From an uncultured Gammaproteobacteria bacterium (lineage in GTDB: Bacteria > Pseudomonadota > Gammaproteobacteria > UBA6002), in the NCBI GenBank assembly GCA_963705725.1, contig CAVPKM010000010.1, forward strand, positions 12,264 to 76,263: DNA of 64,000 bases, written 5' to 3'. The notes under the pieces are model-generated. The model ran no database searches, was not told where the DNA came from, and was given only the letters and a program-made list of their open reading frames with translations. The translations under genes were made by a program, and so were the position numbers. Positions 20,404 to 29,754 of the stretch are shown here, piece by piece. The first letter of the stretch is position 1; every line of letters begins with the position of its first letter.

Positions 20404-20667
20404 TTGACCAAGCAGGCGAAAAAAGATTTAACAAAAGTACCATTGCCTATTGTGCGCAAGTTACTAGCTTGGGTTGATAGTATTGAGAATATAGGATTAA
20501 GCGAAGTAAAAAAAGTTCCTGGCTACCATGATGAGCCATTAAAAGGAAATAGAGCCGGACAAAGATCTATTCGATTAAGTAAAAGTTATCGAGCTATTTA
20601 TGTAATAGATCAGGAAGGAAAAATTGAAATACTAAAAGTACTAGAGGTGAATAAACATGACTATTAA
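20404..20667 (+). CDS. higB: HigB/RelE-family mRNA interferase toxin (in-frame CTG at 20383 may be the true start)
   Basis: GYHDEPLKGNRAGQRSIRLSKSYRAIY and EVNKHDY motifs; toxin-first arrangement. Confidence 0.85.
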   Translation: MTKQAKKDLTKVPLPIVRKLLAWVDSIENIGLSEVKKVPGYHDEPLKGNRAGQRSIRLSKSYRAIYVIDQEGKIEILKVLEVNKHDY

Positions 20668-20971
20668 AAAGAAAAGTGACACCACAAAATTTTTGGAAAA
20701 TTTAGGCGGAGCATTAACTTTTTCCAATTTAATAGAATCAATTCGTCTTGGTGAAGAAATATCACAAGTCGAATTTGCACAGATATTAGGCATATCCAGA
20801 CAAAATTTATGCGATATTGAGCATGGTCGCCGAACAGTGAGCCCTAAAAAAGCAGTGGATTTTGCGAAGAAACTAGGCTATCCCCCTCAGCAATTTGTTA
20901 GATTATGTTTGCAGGATTTAGTAACGCGAGATGGGCTGAAATTAAAAATTGACGTTCAAGATGCCGCTTAA
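20657..20971 (+). CDS. higA: HigA-type XRE antitoxin
   Basis: HTH SQVEFAQILGISRQNLCDIEHGRR; overlaps the toxin stop. Confidence 0.85.
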   Translation: MTIKKKSDTTKFLENLGGALTFSNLIESIRLGEEISQVEFAQILGISRQNLCDIEHGRRTVSPKKAVDFAKKLGYPPQQFVRLCLQDLVTRDGLKLKIDVQDAA

Positions 20972-21061
20972 GTGTAGTTAAGCCATTGGACGCAATTTTA
21001 ATTAAAAACCTGCGGCAAGATCTGTCACTGAATGTCGTCATAAGATCAATCCCCTTCATCA

Positions 21062-21283
21062 TTACCATTTTTTATAATGATAGTTAACCACTTCTTCTTT
21101 AATTTTTTTAAGATTAGGAAGATTAAGCTTTTCCTTTATGCGTGATAAATAGGTTGAAACTGTTTTTGGACGAATGCCTAATTCAATGGCAATTTGATTT
21201 ATGCTGTACCTCTTCTTTATTAAGTCTAAGCAATCAGATTCCCTTTTAGATAATTTGATAGGAGTTGAAACATTAAAATTCAT
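21062..21283 (-). CDS. Stand-alone LuxR/GerE HTH regulator
   Basis: LSKRESDCL...SINQIAIELGIRPKTVSTYLSRIKEKL. Confidence 0.85.
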   Translation of the reverse strand: MNFNVSTPIKLSKRESDCLDLIKKRYSINQIAIELGIRPKTVSTYLSRIKEKLNLPNLKKIKEEVVNYHYKKW

Positions 21284-21334
21284 CGCTTCCTCATTTTAGT
21301 ATTAGTTTTTATTATTACGCATAGGCTTCAATAA

Positions 21335-21808
21335 TTAATGCGATTGTTCAATCACTGCTAACGGCAGTATTGGATTTTGTTTTGAGAGCGCTAAATAGTT
21401 TTCAACAAATGCATTTGCAATAGCTGGCACCTGATCTCTTGCCACTGAACACATCTGCCCCCAACCACCCATCTTGCGAATAACTTGTATAATCATGGGG
21501 TCATTAAATCTCACGTTCCCATACCGACCACTATAACGAATGGCGCTTTCAACTTTTCCCCACGCTTCAAGGGCCATTTGTTTGTGATTTTTCACTAGAT
21601 ACTGCAAGAAATTAGCGGGCTTTGGCATGAAACGCCCTTCCTGTGGATGATTAAGATGGTGTAATGCCGCTTTCCTTATATCCTCAAACAAATAGCCTTT
21701 TAGGGTGCACCAATAAATTTCGAGCAACGTGCTAGTGATGGATTTTTGATAGAGTTCTCCTAGCACATTCATCATTTTAATAAATGCTGGCAAATCGGAT
21801 TGGTTCAT
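21335..21808 (-). CDS. Phage-type helicase-loader-position protein (DUF6475-like)
   Basis: GRFMPKPA, AW.KV..AI...GRY..V.FNDP.I..VI..MGGW; directly follows the replisome organiser. Confidence 0.75.
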   Translation of the reverse strand: MNQSDLPAFIKMMNVLGELYQKSITSTLLEIYWCTLKGYLFEDIRKAALHHLNHPQEGRFMPKPANFLQYLVKNHKQMALEAWGKVESAIRYSGRYGNVRFNDPMIIQVIRKMGGWGQMCSVARDQVPAIANAFVENYLALSKQNPILPLAVIEQSH

Positions 21809-22796
21809 TTTTATCTTCTACCGCCATTTTTTGTGATACCCATCGCTGAGTTGCTTTCAGATTGCTTCTAACCAATTTTGAAAAACAAGGTTTTGGCGGA
21901 GAATGCGCGTTGTGCCTAAATTGTTCAATGTGAATTTCATCTTTAAAAATATTGGATAAATCATTAAATAATTTTCCATCAGTATTTAAACCCATATTAA
22001 ATGGTGTTTTCTTGCAGCCAATAATAGCTTCTTGAAGCTCTGATTCGTTGTAACCTAAAGCCAATGCTGCTCTGATTGCTAAGGCGTCTTTTTTGTCAAA
22101 CCGCGTGCGGCGTTGTTTCATCATCTCGTTCCAATAAGTAAAGAGACGTTGGATAATTTTTTCATCACATGGATCGTTTGAGGGCGGCATCAAAATAGCA
22201 GAGAAACTTTCTCTGAAATTCATAGCGACTTCCTGTTGACCAACTTTTTCTTTTTGCGAACTTCGCATTGTTTCTTCTTCATCGTATTTAACAGATGAAC
22301 GCGTTTCAACCAAGAATTGGTCTGCTTTTTTTTGCATATCAATAGAAGGAGCAGAATGATAAGGGAAATTTTTATGCTTACTTTCTTCAACAACTTGCCC
22401 AACTGAATCATAATTTGCGCTGTGAGCGTGAATTTTGAAAGTGTTATGGTTTAATTGTGAAGGCGGCACAGGATAATCACTTTTTTTCTCTTTATTATTG
22501 AGTACCTGGTGACGGTGCCAACTGGGAATATAACCATATTCCTCTCCTTGAGCCGCATACTTTTCAATAAACCCGACTTCTGCTAAAGCATTCAAGATTA
22601 TCGAAAAATCCATCTCATCATAAGGTAACACGTCTAATTTTAATTGCCGAGGTCGCCAACGAAATCGTCCTTCTCGATCACAACAGGTAAATAATCCAAT
22701 AAATGCAAAACGAAGGGGTAATTGATATCTCATTTCTGCTTCATACAATGCTTCATGTCGAAAAAGATCAGGCTTGACGGTTCGTATTCTTGGCAT
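21777..22796 (-). CDS. Phage replisome organiser / O-like replication protein
   Basis: N-terminal MPRIRTVKP...CDREGRF...W.RHQ; C-terminal LFTYW...AIIGC...PFNMG.N. Confidence 0.75.
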   Translation of the reverse strand: MPRIRTVKPDLFRHEALYEAEMRYQLPLRFAFIGLFTCCDREGRFRWRPRQLKLDVLPYDEMDFSIILNALAEVGFIEKYAAQGEEYGYIPSWHRHQVLNNKEKKSDYPVPPSQLNHNTFKIHAHSANYDSVGQVVEESKHKNFPYHSAPSIDMQKKADQFLVETRSSVKYDEEETMRSSQKEKVGQQEVAMNFRESFSAILMPPSNDPCDEKIIQRLFTYWNEMMKQRRTRFDKKDALAIRAALALGYNESELQEAIIGCKKTPFNMGLNTDGKLFNDLSNIFKDEIHIEQFRHNAHSPPKPCFSKLVRSNLKATQRWVSQKMAVEDKNEPIRFASIY

Positions 22797-22903
22797 AATA
22801 TTTCCTTTTAATTAAAATTATTAAGTAGTTTGATATTAATTGAACTCTCCTGCTTATTGTCGTTGGTAATAATTCAATATTTCTATATAGAAAAAAGAAA
22901 AAA

Positions 22904-23332
22904 TCATCTGATCATTCTAATAAAAGCGTATAACGTTTGTGGCTCGATAACTTTCGAATGGATTTCATCGATGGCCAAATCACGACAGCGCCTAATTAAA
23001 TCTGGAATAAACCAAGAGGTGAGTACAACAATTGGTGTAGGTAATTTTTTATGGTAGGATTCATACGCTCGTCTGGTGCTGGCGATTTCCAACCCATGAC
23101 AGTCTGGTAGTCCAATGTCTAATAAGATTAAATCAAAAGAATTTTCAATAATTTTAAATGCTTCTTTTCCGGATGAAACCGACTTTATGGTAACTGCGTA
23201 TTTTTTTAGATACAATTTCATCACTTGTTTGAGTGTAGGATCATCTTCTACTAGCAAAATATGCGGTTTTCTCTTCGTTTGTCGCGTAGGTTTAAATAAG
23301 ATGTAATCAGCTTTTGTCTTTTTGCTATTCAT
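22904..23332 (-). CDS. Single-domain response regulator (REC)
   Basis: ILLVEDD, LLDIGLPD, VLT and terminal K. Confidence 0.9.
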   Translation of the reverse strand: MNSKKTKADYILFKPTRQTKRKPHILLVEDDPTLKQVMKLYLKKYAVTIKSVSSGKEAFKIIENSFDLILLDIGLPDCHGLEIASTRRAYESYHKKLPTPIVVLTSWFIPDLIRRCRDLAIDEIHSKVIEPQTLYAFIRMIR

Positions 23333-23422
23333 GATGATGACCTCATTTATAAAATGATCATCCTAAATTAATACCTTACTTAAGGTTAAATCCTTTTATT
23401 AATGTTGGCTTAATATAGACAA

Positions 23423-23450
23423 ATTATATTTCTACTTAACACTATGTCAA
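23423..23450 (-). promoter_or_regulatory. Consensus sigma70 promoter for the leftward REC-O-P-LuxR operon
   Basis: Minus strand TTGACA (23450..23445), 16-nt spacer, TATAAT (23428..23423); overlapped by the CTTAAC...GTTAAG inverted repeat at 23435..23458. Confidence 0.7.
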
Positions 23451-23463
23451 GAGTTAAGATAAG

Positions 23464-24096
23464 ATGAATGACAAGCAACAAGCAATTGAGCGTGGCAAGC
23501 GACTACGGCTTATTAGAAAAATTGCTGGATTAACAAGAAATCAATTGGCAGAGTCAATTGGTATGACACCTACTACCTTAAGCACGTGGGAAAATGCTAA
23601 TTTCAATGGCATCACTCTAGGTGGCGGAGAAAAAGTTATCACGACTTTATTGAGTAAGGGCGTCCACTGTTCCCTCGCTTGGCTAATGGAAGGGATTGGT
23701 CAACCTCCTGAAATTCTTTCCGAGCTATTAGGAAATGATTCTATTTCGTTGAAGCCTGAACCAGAAAATAACATCCACAAAGAAATGATCTTTTTTTTAC
23801 GTTTAAATCCTAAAAGTATCACTTTTCAAATTCGAGACCCTCGCCTCATGCCTTTTTTAAAGCCAGGCGACTGGGTGGGCGGCCTTTGGCAAGCACCCAA
23901 TGCAACCATCATTAATGAATTTTCTATCATTAAAGTCAATCAAGAGGAAGAAGTTTGCTTAATTCAGGCGGGATCTCAACCTGATCATTATACGTTGTGT
24001 TATACCACACAACTTAATTTAGAAACGCTTCCTCTTCAGCGCTTTGATGTCAAGCTGAAGGAAGTGGCAGTGATTACTCGTCTTTGGCGGAATTAA
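23464..24096 (+). CDS. CI-like XRE repressor with degenerate S24-like C-terminal domain
   Basis: N-terminal HTH (RLRLIR...TRNQLAESIG...LSTWEN), WLMEGIG linker, MPFLKPGDWV; divergent from the O-P operon. Confidence 0.8.
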   Translation: MNDKQQAIERGKRLRLIRKIAGLTRNQLAESIGMTPTTLSTWENANFNGITLGGGEKVITTLLSKGVHCSLAWLMEGIGQPPEILSELLGNDSISLKPEPENNIHKEMIFFLRLNPKSITFQIRDPRLMPFLKPGDWVGGLWQAPNATIINEFSIIKVNQEEEVCLIQAGSQPDHYTLCYTTQLNLETLPLQRFDVKLKEVAVITRLWRN

Positions 24097-25259
24097 CGTC
24101 TGTTACCAACGTCCTTAGCATCCTCGAGACATTTTTTTAATTGCTTAAATGTAATGGGTTTAGCCAGCACCCCGATTAGTCCATTATCTAAAAAATATTC
24201 AATATCTGCCGGTGTTGTTGTTGATGTAATGCCCACAAAAAGACTATTGTGATTTATCGTTTGCATAGCCTGTCGCTTTACTGCTAGCCCATCCATATCT
24301 GGTAATGAGATGTCAAGTAAGATTAAGTCATACCGATGCTCACTTAACGCCACTACCGCTTCTTGCCCTGTTTTGACAAGTTCTGCCTTTGAGTTTAAAC
24401 GTTGCAATAACGATTGGAGAATTTCAGCTGTTTCGGAATCATCTTCAACCAATAAAATTTCGTTGAGCTCAGTTATATATCGAAAAGATTCTAGTGTTTT
24501 TTTCTCACCCTTATTTTTATTTAATCTTTTCTCAATTCTTCTTTCTTCAGAATAGAAAGGAATGATAATCTCAACGCATGTGCCCTTTTCTAATTCACTT
24601 TGAATGGTTAAGTTCCCGCCTAATAATCTAATTAATGTTTGGGCATACGTCAGCTTAAGTGCTGGGTTTAAATAGCTTAATTCTTGTTCTTTAAAGAACG
24701 CAGGCAAGTGATTGATATCATTGACGACTCGTTCTGGAATTCCGATTCCTGTATCAGCAATAGTAAAATGAAGTCGATTTGAATCAGCGAAAACCTTAGC
24801 CTTAAGAAGAATTTGTCCTTGCCGAGTATATGTTAAAGCATTTTGGTAAAGTATTTTAAGGACTTGATATAAATGATAACTATCAATAAAGAATGTCTTC
24901 TCTAACAAGACAGGATCAACATTTATAATGTTTTCAACGGATTTTTTCTGTTTTTCTTGCTGAATTTTATCAATCAGCGCCATAATATCAGTCGCGATAA
25001 TCTCTAACTGAAGGCCACTCGTAACCAGATCGTAATATTGACCTAACCATTTCGAACGCAAGTGATAAGTAGCTAGCTGCTTTTTAATTTTTTTCAGTTC
25101 TTTAATAATCTGGTTATTCTTAGGAGATTTGTCGAGCGCTTCCAACAGACATTCAATACGGGCACTTGCATTGGAAATTGGGCCACCCATTTCGTGCATA
25201 ATTAAGGAAAGAAATTTTTTTTCATTGATATGATAAAAATCAACAGTGTTTTTCGACAT
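24093..25259 (-). CDS. Sensor-less hybrid histidine kinase (HisKA-HATPase-REC) with degenerate G2 box
   Basis: MHEMGGPI H-box, QNALTYT N-box, DTGIGI G1; NPALKL in place of GxGLGL; C-terminal VEDD/LDISLPD/KP. Confidence 0.85.
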   Translation of the reverse strand: MSKNTVDFYHINEKKFLSLIMHEMGGPISNASARIECLLEALDKSPKNNQIIKELKKIKKQLATYHLRSKWLGQYYDLVTSGLQLEIIATDIMALIDKIQQEKQKKSVENIINVDPVLLEKTFFIDSYHLYQVLKILYQNALTYTRQGQILLKAKVFADSNRLHFTIADTGIGIPERVVNDINHLPAFFKEQELSYLNPALKLTYAQTLIRLLGGNLTIQSELEKGTCVEIIIPFYSEERRIEKRLNKNKGEKKTLESFRYITELNEILLVEDDSETAEILQSLLQRLNSKAELVKTGQEAVVALSEHRYDLILLDISLPDMDGLAVKRQAMQTINHNSLFVGITSTTTPADIEYFLDNGLIGVLAKPITFKQLKKCLEDAKDVGNRR

Positions 25260-25520
25260 AATTGCTCTTGTCTAAATTAGTAATAGACTAATAGTCATAC
25301 TGATTTTGAATTTATAACATACACTTTTCGAGTGTTAACAGTTATTTTTTTGTCCATACAAAGAAATCTTGTCAATTTAGTATATAACGTAAATTTCTCT
25401 TCTTAATGTCTGTTCTAAATCACCAGTTGAAAGGAGAAGCTCATTATCCACTTGCGGTATACCCTTTAGTCTTTCTCCGTAAGGCGCTGTCCGCCTGTTA
25501 TATTTTTGGCGCCAAGCCAA

Positions 25521-25536
25521 TGTTCTACGTAGAACA
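25521..25536. promoter_or_regulatory. parS-like 16-bp palindrome
   Basis: TGTTCTACGTAGAACA vs parS consensus TGTTTCACGTGAAACA; DnaA-box-like TTATCCACT at 25444..25452. Confidence 0.55.
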
Positions 25537-25857
25537 GCGCCCACTGACCGAAAGATCCCTTATTGATATCTAATTGAGTCTTATATGATCCCTAATATGA
25601 ATACTTAAGACTATCAATCATTATTGTAAAGAGAGCAGTCCAATCGCATCATGCTCCCATCTATATCAAACTTTCGAAACCAATTAAGTTTTCTCATCTT
25701 TCAAATTCATTTGTGAATAAAAATAATACATGGGGGCTTTTAATGCATCAGTACAGACTTATTTATTTTTGTTTACATTCAGAAGAGATAAATTCAGCTA
25801 TTATATTACGCATATATTGGATTTTTTATAGCTGATTAACAAAGAAAACCAGTCAGA

Positions 25858-26590
25858 TGATATCTATTTGATTTCCAATAGATACCCTTTTGATATCTAT
25901 TTAACATCTATACTAACTCAAAGCTACACGTAAAAACTGACTTCTCTATCCTATCCGAAAGATGTTGATTGATGATTCCCAATATGACCTAAATTGAAAG
26001 GATTAAAGTTGAGTATCAATTGGAGATCTATCGAGCATCATTTAGATATCAAAAGATAATCATAAAGGAGCTTTTTAAAACTAATGGGGATCAATCAAGG
26101 CTCATATGGAACTCAATTAGGCATCATATAAGGATCGTATAGATATCATTTTAAATTTGAATCTCTCTATCTAATTCGAATAGCTACTTTGTGTGTTTTT
26201 AGATTTATGCAAATCGTTATTGATATCAATTGAACATCATTTAAGAATCAACTAGACATCTATCAGGCATCATTTGGCGATCTAAAGAGAATCATTAAGG
26301 CACCTATTGGGAATCTTATAGAGATCAACCAAGATTCATCTAGAAATCAATTGAATATCAAACAGGGTATCATAAAGGCATCAAGCATTAGGCATCAAAT
26401 AAGGATCATATAGAAATCAAATTAAACTTGAATCTCTCTATTTATCCAGGTAACTCATGGGGTATTTTAAATTAATACGAATTGATATAGAAATCAATTA
26501 AGCATCTTTCAATAATCATTCAGACATCTATAGGGAATCATTCGAGGGATCATTTTTCAATTAGTAGTAGTAGTATTAAATTACTACTAC
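25858..26590 (+). repeat. Helically phased degenerate 11-bp repeat array (candidate iterons/centromere) ending in a GTAGTAGTA/TACTACTAC palindrome
   Basis: ATC core recurs every 11 bp in four blocks, including 13 consecutive units at 26225..26359; 57-bp imperfect duplication at 26117 and 26388. Confidence 0.85.
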
Positions 26591-26690
26591 TTTATATACA
26601 CGATTTATTTTAAAAATATGTTTGACAGGTCTTTATCTGTAAGTTTAAAATTTTATTCAAATTTAACCGCAATCTTAAACAGGAGTCGGG

Positions 26691-27680
26691 ATGGAGCCTA
26701 AAATGTTAGTTTCAGAAGCCGCTGAAGCAGTTGGCCTTACAGTGCAGGCCCTGCACAATCAAATTAAGAAGAAAAATCTGATACATGCAAAAAGCAAGAA
26801 TCGAGTATATTTTTCACATTCAACCGCTAAATCATTATTAGAATTAAAATTCAAAAATCAAATTATCTGCTTCCAGATAGTCAAGGGAGGCACTGGGAAG
26901 ACTTCATTGTGTCTGTCTGTCGGTGTTAGAGCCAGTTTATATGGAGCTAAAACGCTATTAATCGATCTTGATTCACAAGGTAATCTTACTACTGCGTGCC
27001 GAATAAAATCTCAAGACAAGCCAGTTATGGTCGATATTATTAGTGACGATCTAAGTATTGAAGAAGGAATAATTAATGTCAGTGAAGGTTTAGACATTTT
27101 GCCAAGTCGTATAGAAAATGTGGTATTGGATAATACCCTTATGTTAAGAAGATTTCCTGTAGATAGAGTTTATCAAGAACTATTATCCCCACTGCGTCAG
27201 AAATATGATCTGATAGTTGTAGACTGTCCTCCTGCCCTTGGGTATTCGGTTGCTGCTACAGCATTAGCATCAGATAAAGTAATTTCTCCAGTAACACCAT
27301 CTGAATTTAGCTTAGAGGGCCTAGAAATTACCTCGAAAGAATTACGAGATTTACAACAAAAATATAAAACCAAAATAAAACACAGCCCAATTTTAAATGA
27401 ATTTGATGGAAGAACAACCTTATCGCACGATACCTTACGATTTTTAGCTAGTCATAAAGAATTTAGCAAACATATGATGAGAACGGTAGTTAGAAAAAAT
27501 CAAATTTTCGAAAATGTTTTGACAGAGCGCGTTTCTATTTTTGATTCTCTATTACATAGCTCAGCTAAAGAAGATGTCGACCTCTTAACAAGAGAGATTC
27601 TCAGCATTGGCGTTTTTTCAGAACCCATTGAAGAAAGTTTGGATAAAAATAAAGTAAAAAAAGAAGACTTGGTTGTATAA
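26691..27680 (+). CDS. parA: ParA partition ATPase with N-terminal HTH (type Ia-like)
   Basis: KGGTGKT, IDLDSQGNLT and VDCPPALG motifs; TTGACA-18-TAAAAT promoter at 26622..26651. Confidence 0.93.
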   Translation: MEPKMLVSEAAEAVGLTVQALHNQIKKKNLIHAKSKNRVYFSHSTAKSLLELKFKNQIICFQIVKGGTGKTSLCLSVGVRASLYGAKTLLIDLDSQGNLTTACRIKSQDKPVMVDIISDDLSIEEGIINVSEGLDILPSRIENVVLDNTLMLRRFPVDRVYQELLSPLRQKYDLIVVDCPPALGYSVAATALASDKVISPVTPSEFSLEGLEITSKELRDLQQKYKTKIKHSPILNEFDGRTTLSHDTLRFLASHKEFSKHMMRTVVRKNQIFENVLTERVSIFDSLLHSSAKEDVDLLTREILSIGVFSEPIEESLDKNKVKKEDLVV

Positions 27681-27700
27681 GCTAAAAAGGATATTGCTGT

Positions 27701-28780
27701 ATGCCTAGCGTTGAAGAAATACTAAATGGAAAGAAGAAAAAATTTAAAAAAACAAATTATCGTCCTTGGAATTTTTTAGAAGACGCAGATGTAAAAAAAA
27801 TTGATTCTGACAGTAAGGAAATTGAATATCATCAAGAAGCACCTCGACGAATAGAAGAAAGAAAAGAATTTAAAAAAAAATTACAGTCCAATGACACATT
27901 TCAAGAAGATCAGCAACATTATATCTCTACAGATACTTACCTTGATCAAATTGGTAGGTTAACTGGATATCAAAAAAAGATATTTGCCTATGTACTGGAA
28001 CGTTGTATGAGTAGAGGAATGTTAACAACAGGAATGGTGACTAATGAAAGTTTATCTCAGATAACATCAACTTCTCGTCAAATGGTTAAAACGTCTATAA
28101 GTAGATTAATAGAGAAGGGCTTAATATATCGAGAGAAGGGTAAATCAGGTAGGGGAGGATTTTTTATTCTAAGAATTAGTGAGGGGATACGAGCTGCTGG
28201 GTTGGAACATAAACGAAAAAATGATTTTTTTATTGAGTACGATAAAAAAATAGATGAAGCGCTACCCGAAATAAAAAATTTAGTTACACCAGAAGGTTGG
28301 ATTGATGAGGATATTGATTGCTTAAAGGATATTGGCTTTACATTTGATCATGTACAACAGCTATTAAACATAGGGATATCCACGGAAAAATTAAAAGAAT
28401 CAATTTTATTTTTTGCATATGACCTAAAATATAACAACAAGACAGCTGAAATTAAAAAATCACCTTTAAACTATTTTATTGGTATTTTACGGAAATCTCG
28501 AATGTATATACCCCCGGATAATTATGAGTCTCCTGAGGAGAAAACACTTCGCCTGTACATAGAAAAAAAAGAACAGGCTTTTAAGATTAAAGAAGCAAGA
28601 CTGAATAAGGCATTTAATTTGGCTTTTGAGGATTGGTACTCAACTTTGAATTCAAATGAAAAGGACATAATGCTTCCTAGCTCTTTAAAAAATCTTAAAG
28701 AAGGGAAAATTAAAATAGAACATTTTAAAAGCGTCTTTAGAGAAAAACACTGGCCAAAAATTTTAGATGAACTTTCTTAG
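27701..28780 (+). CDS. Putative plasmid replication initiator / winged-helix DNA-binding protein
   Basis: Central wHTH (VKTSISRLIEKGLIYREKGKSGRGGF); C-terminal KSPLNYFIGILRK; co-transcribed with parA. Confidence 0.6.
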   Translation: MPSVEEILNGKKKKFKKTNYRPWNFLEDADVKKIDSDSKEIEYHQEAPRRIEERKEFKKKLQSNDTFQEDQQHYISTDTYLDQIGRLTGYQKKIFAYVLERCMSRGMLTTGMVTNESLSQITSTSRQMVKTSISRLIEKGLIYREKGKSGRGGFFILRISEGIRAAGLEHKRKNDFFIEYDKKIDEALPEIKNLVTPEGWIDEDIDCLKDIGFTFDHVQQLLNIGISTEKLKESILFFAYDLKYNNKTAEIKKSPLNYFIGILRKSRMYIPPDNYESPEEKTLRLYIEKKEQAFKIKEARLNKAFNLAFEDWYSTLNSNEKDIMLPSSLKNLKEGKIKIEHFKSVFREKHWPKILDELS

Positions 28781-29034
28781 TAGCAAAACTTTGGAATGAT
28801 AAAAGGGTATAAAAATTTAATAACCTATTGCTATTTTTATTTTACCTTCAAAGTTAATTTTAGATCACTGTTTAGTCAAATATCACAAGTAATTTGAATT
28901 TTTGCACATATAACGAAAAAATAAAAATTTGTAAAAAATACTATAGTTTAAGTTTGTTTTAGCAATCTAGCCATCTAAGCATTTTTAATGTATAGTAATT
29001 AAAATTAACTAAATTACACTAAGGATATACAAAA

Positions 29035-29754
29035 ATGTTTCAATCGAAAGAACCTTCAAATATTAAAGCTTCTCGCAAGGTGCTGACTGCCCGTTTTGCA
29101 GGGTTGGCGGGTAAAGCTCCTAATTTTAAAAAAACAAGTTGTATTCTTCTTGTTAGTGTTGGAAAAGAAAATTTTGAAGGATCTGCCCTTGAAGCTCAGT
29201 TAAAATTAATTAATGCAGAATTTAATGATTGCATAATATTAGTTGCTGATACACTTCAGCGCTATAATTTTTTAGCTTCTTATACTGAAATCTTGTCTGA
29301 AGAAAAAGCGAGAGAGGTAGGTTCCGAATGGATTAATAGACATAATCATTTATTTAAACAGCATTTAACAAATATTAATTATGAGATTTGCAGATGGGAT
29401 GAATGGATAGAAAAAGAGGGCTTTTTGGGAAAAAAAATAATGATTGAACAACAGCTAAATTCAGACAGTATATATATTGAAGCGATGAACAAGTCTATTA
29501 ACGAGTTTGTTACTAGGTGTCAAAAAAGAATTACACCTGATCAATTTTTCAATGAATTAGAAATAACTGAAAACTGTAAAAATTATCTCATAGAGGAATG
29601 TGCTGTTTTGTTAATGCTGGGCGAAGAAAATTATCAATATATTGTCTATCCGGGAAAAGAGACACCTATTTTAGCTGCAACTCTTGATTTCATACATCAA
29701 CAGAAATCAGATTGTTTAAAGGTTAGAGAAAAAGAAAGAAAGTCAACCAACTAA
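29035..29754 (+). CDS. tRNA-dependent cyclodipeptide synthase (CDPS), XYP subfamily
   Basis: LLVSVG (catalytic Ser), VADTLQRYN, RWDEW, NYLIEEC (catalytic Tyr/Glu) and VYP motifs. Confidence 0.88.
   Translation: MFQSKEPSNIKASRKVLTARFAGLAGKAPNFKKTSCILLVSVGKENFEGSALEAQLKLINAEFNDCIILVADTLQRYNFLASYTEILSEEKAREVGSEWINRHNHLFKQHLTNINYEICRWDEWIEKEGFLGKKIMIEQQLNSDSIYIEAMNKSINEFVTRCQKRITPDQFFNELEITENCKNYLIEECAVLLMLGEENYQYIVYPGKETPILAATLDFIHQQKSDCLKVREKERKSTN

Noticed and set aside
20277-20459. 60-aa minus-strand ORF as a real gene
   Set aside because: Mostly antisense to higB and its promoter; only the short origin-like stretch is notable
21062-24096. Intact prophage
   Set aside because: No terminase, capsid, tail or lysis genes in the window
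25858-26555. Possible CRISPR array or repeat-protein ORF
   Set aside because: 11-bp degenerate period with no unique spacers, not a multiple of three, and no ORF of 60 aa or more in the track
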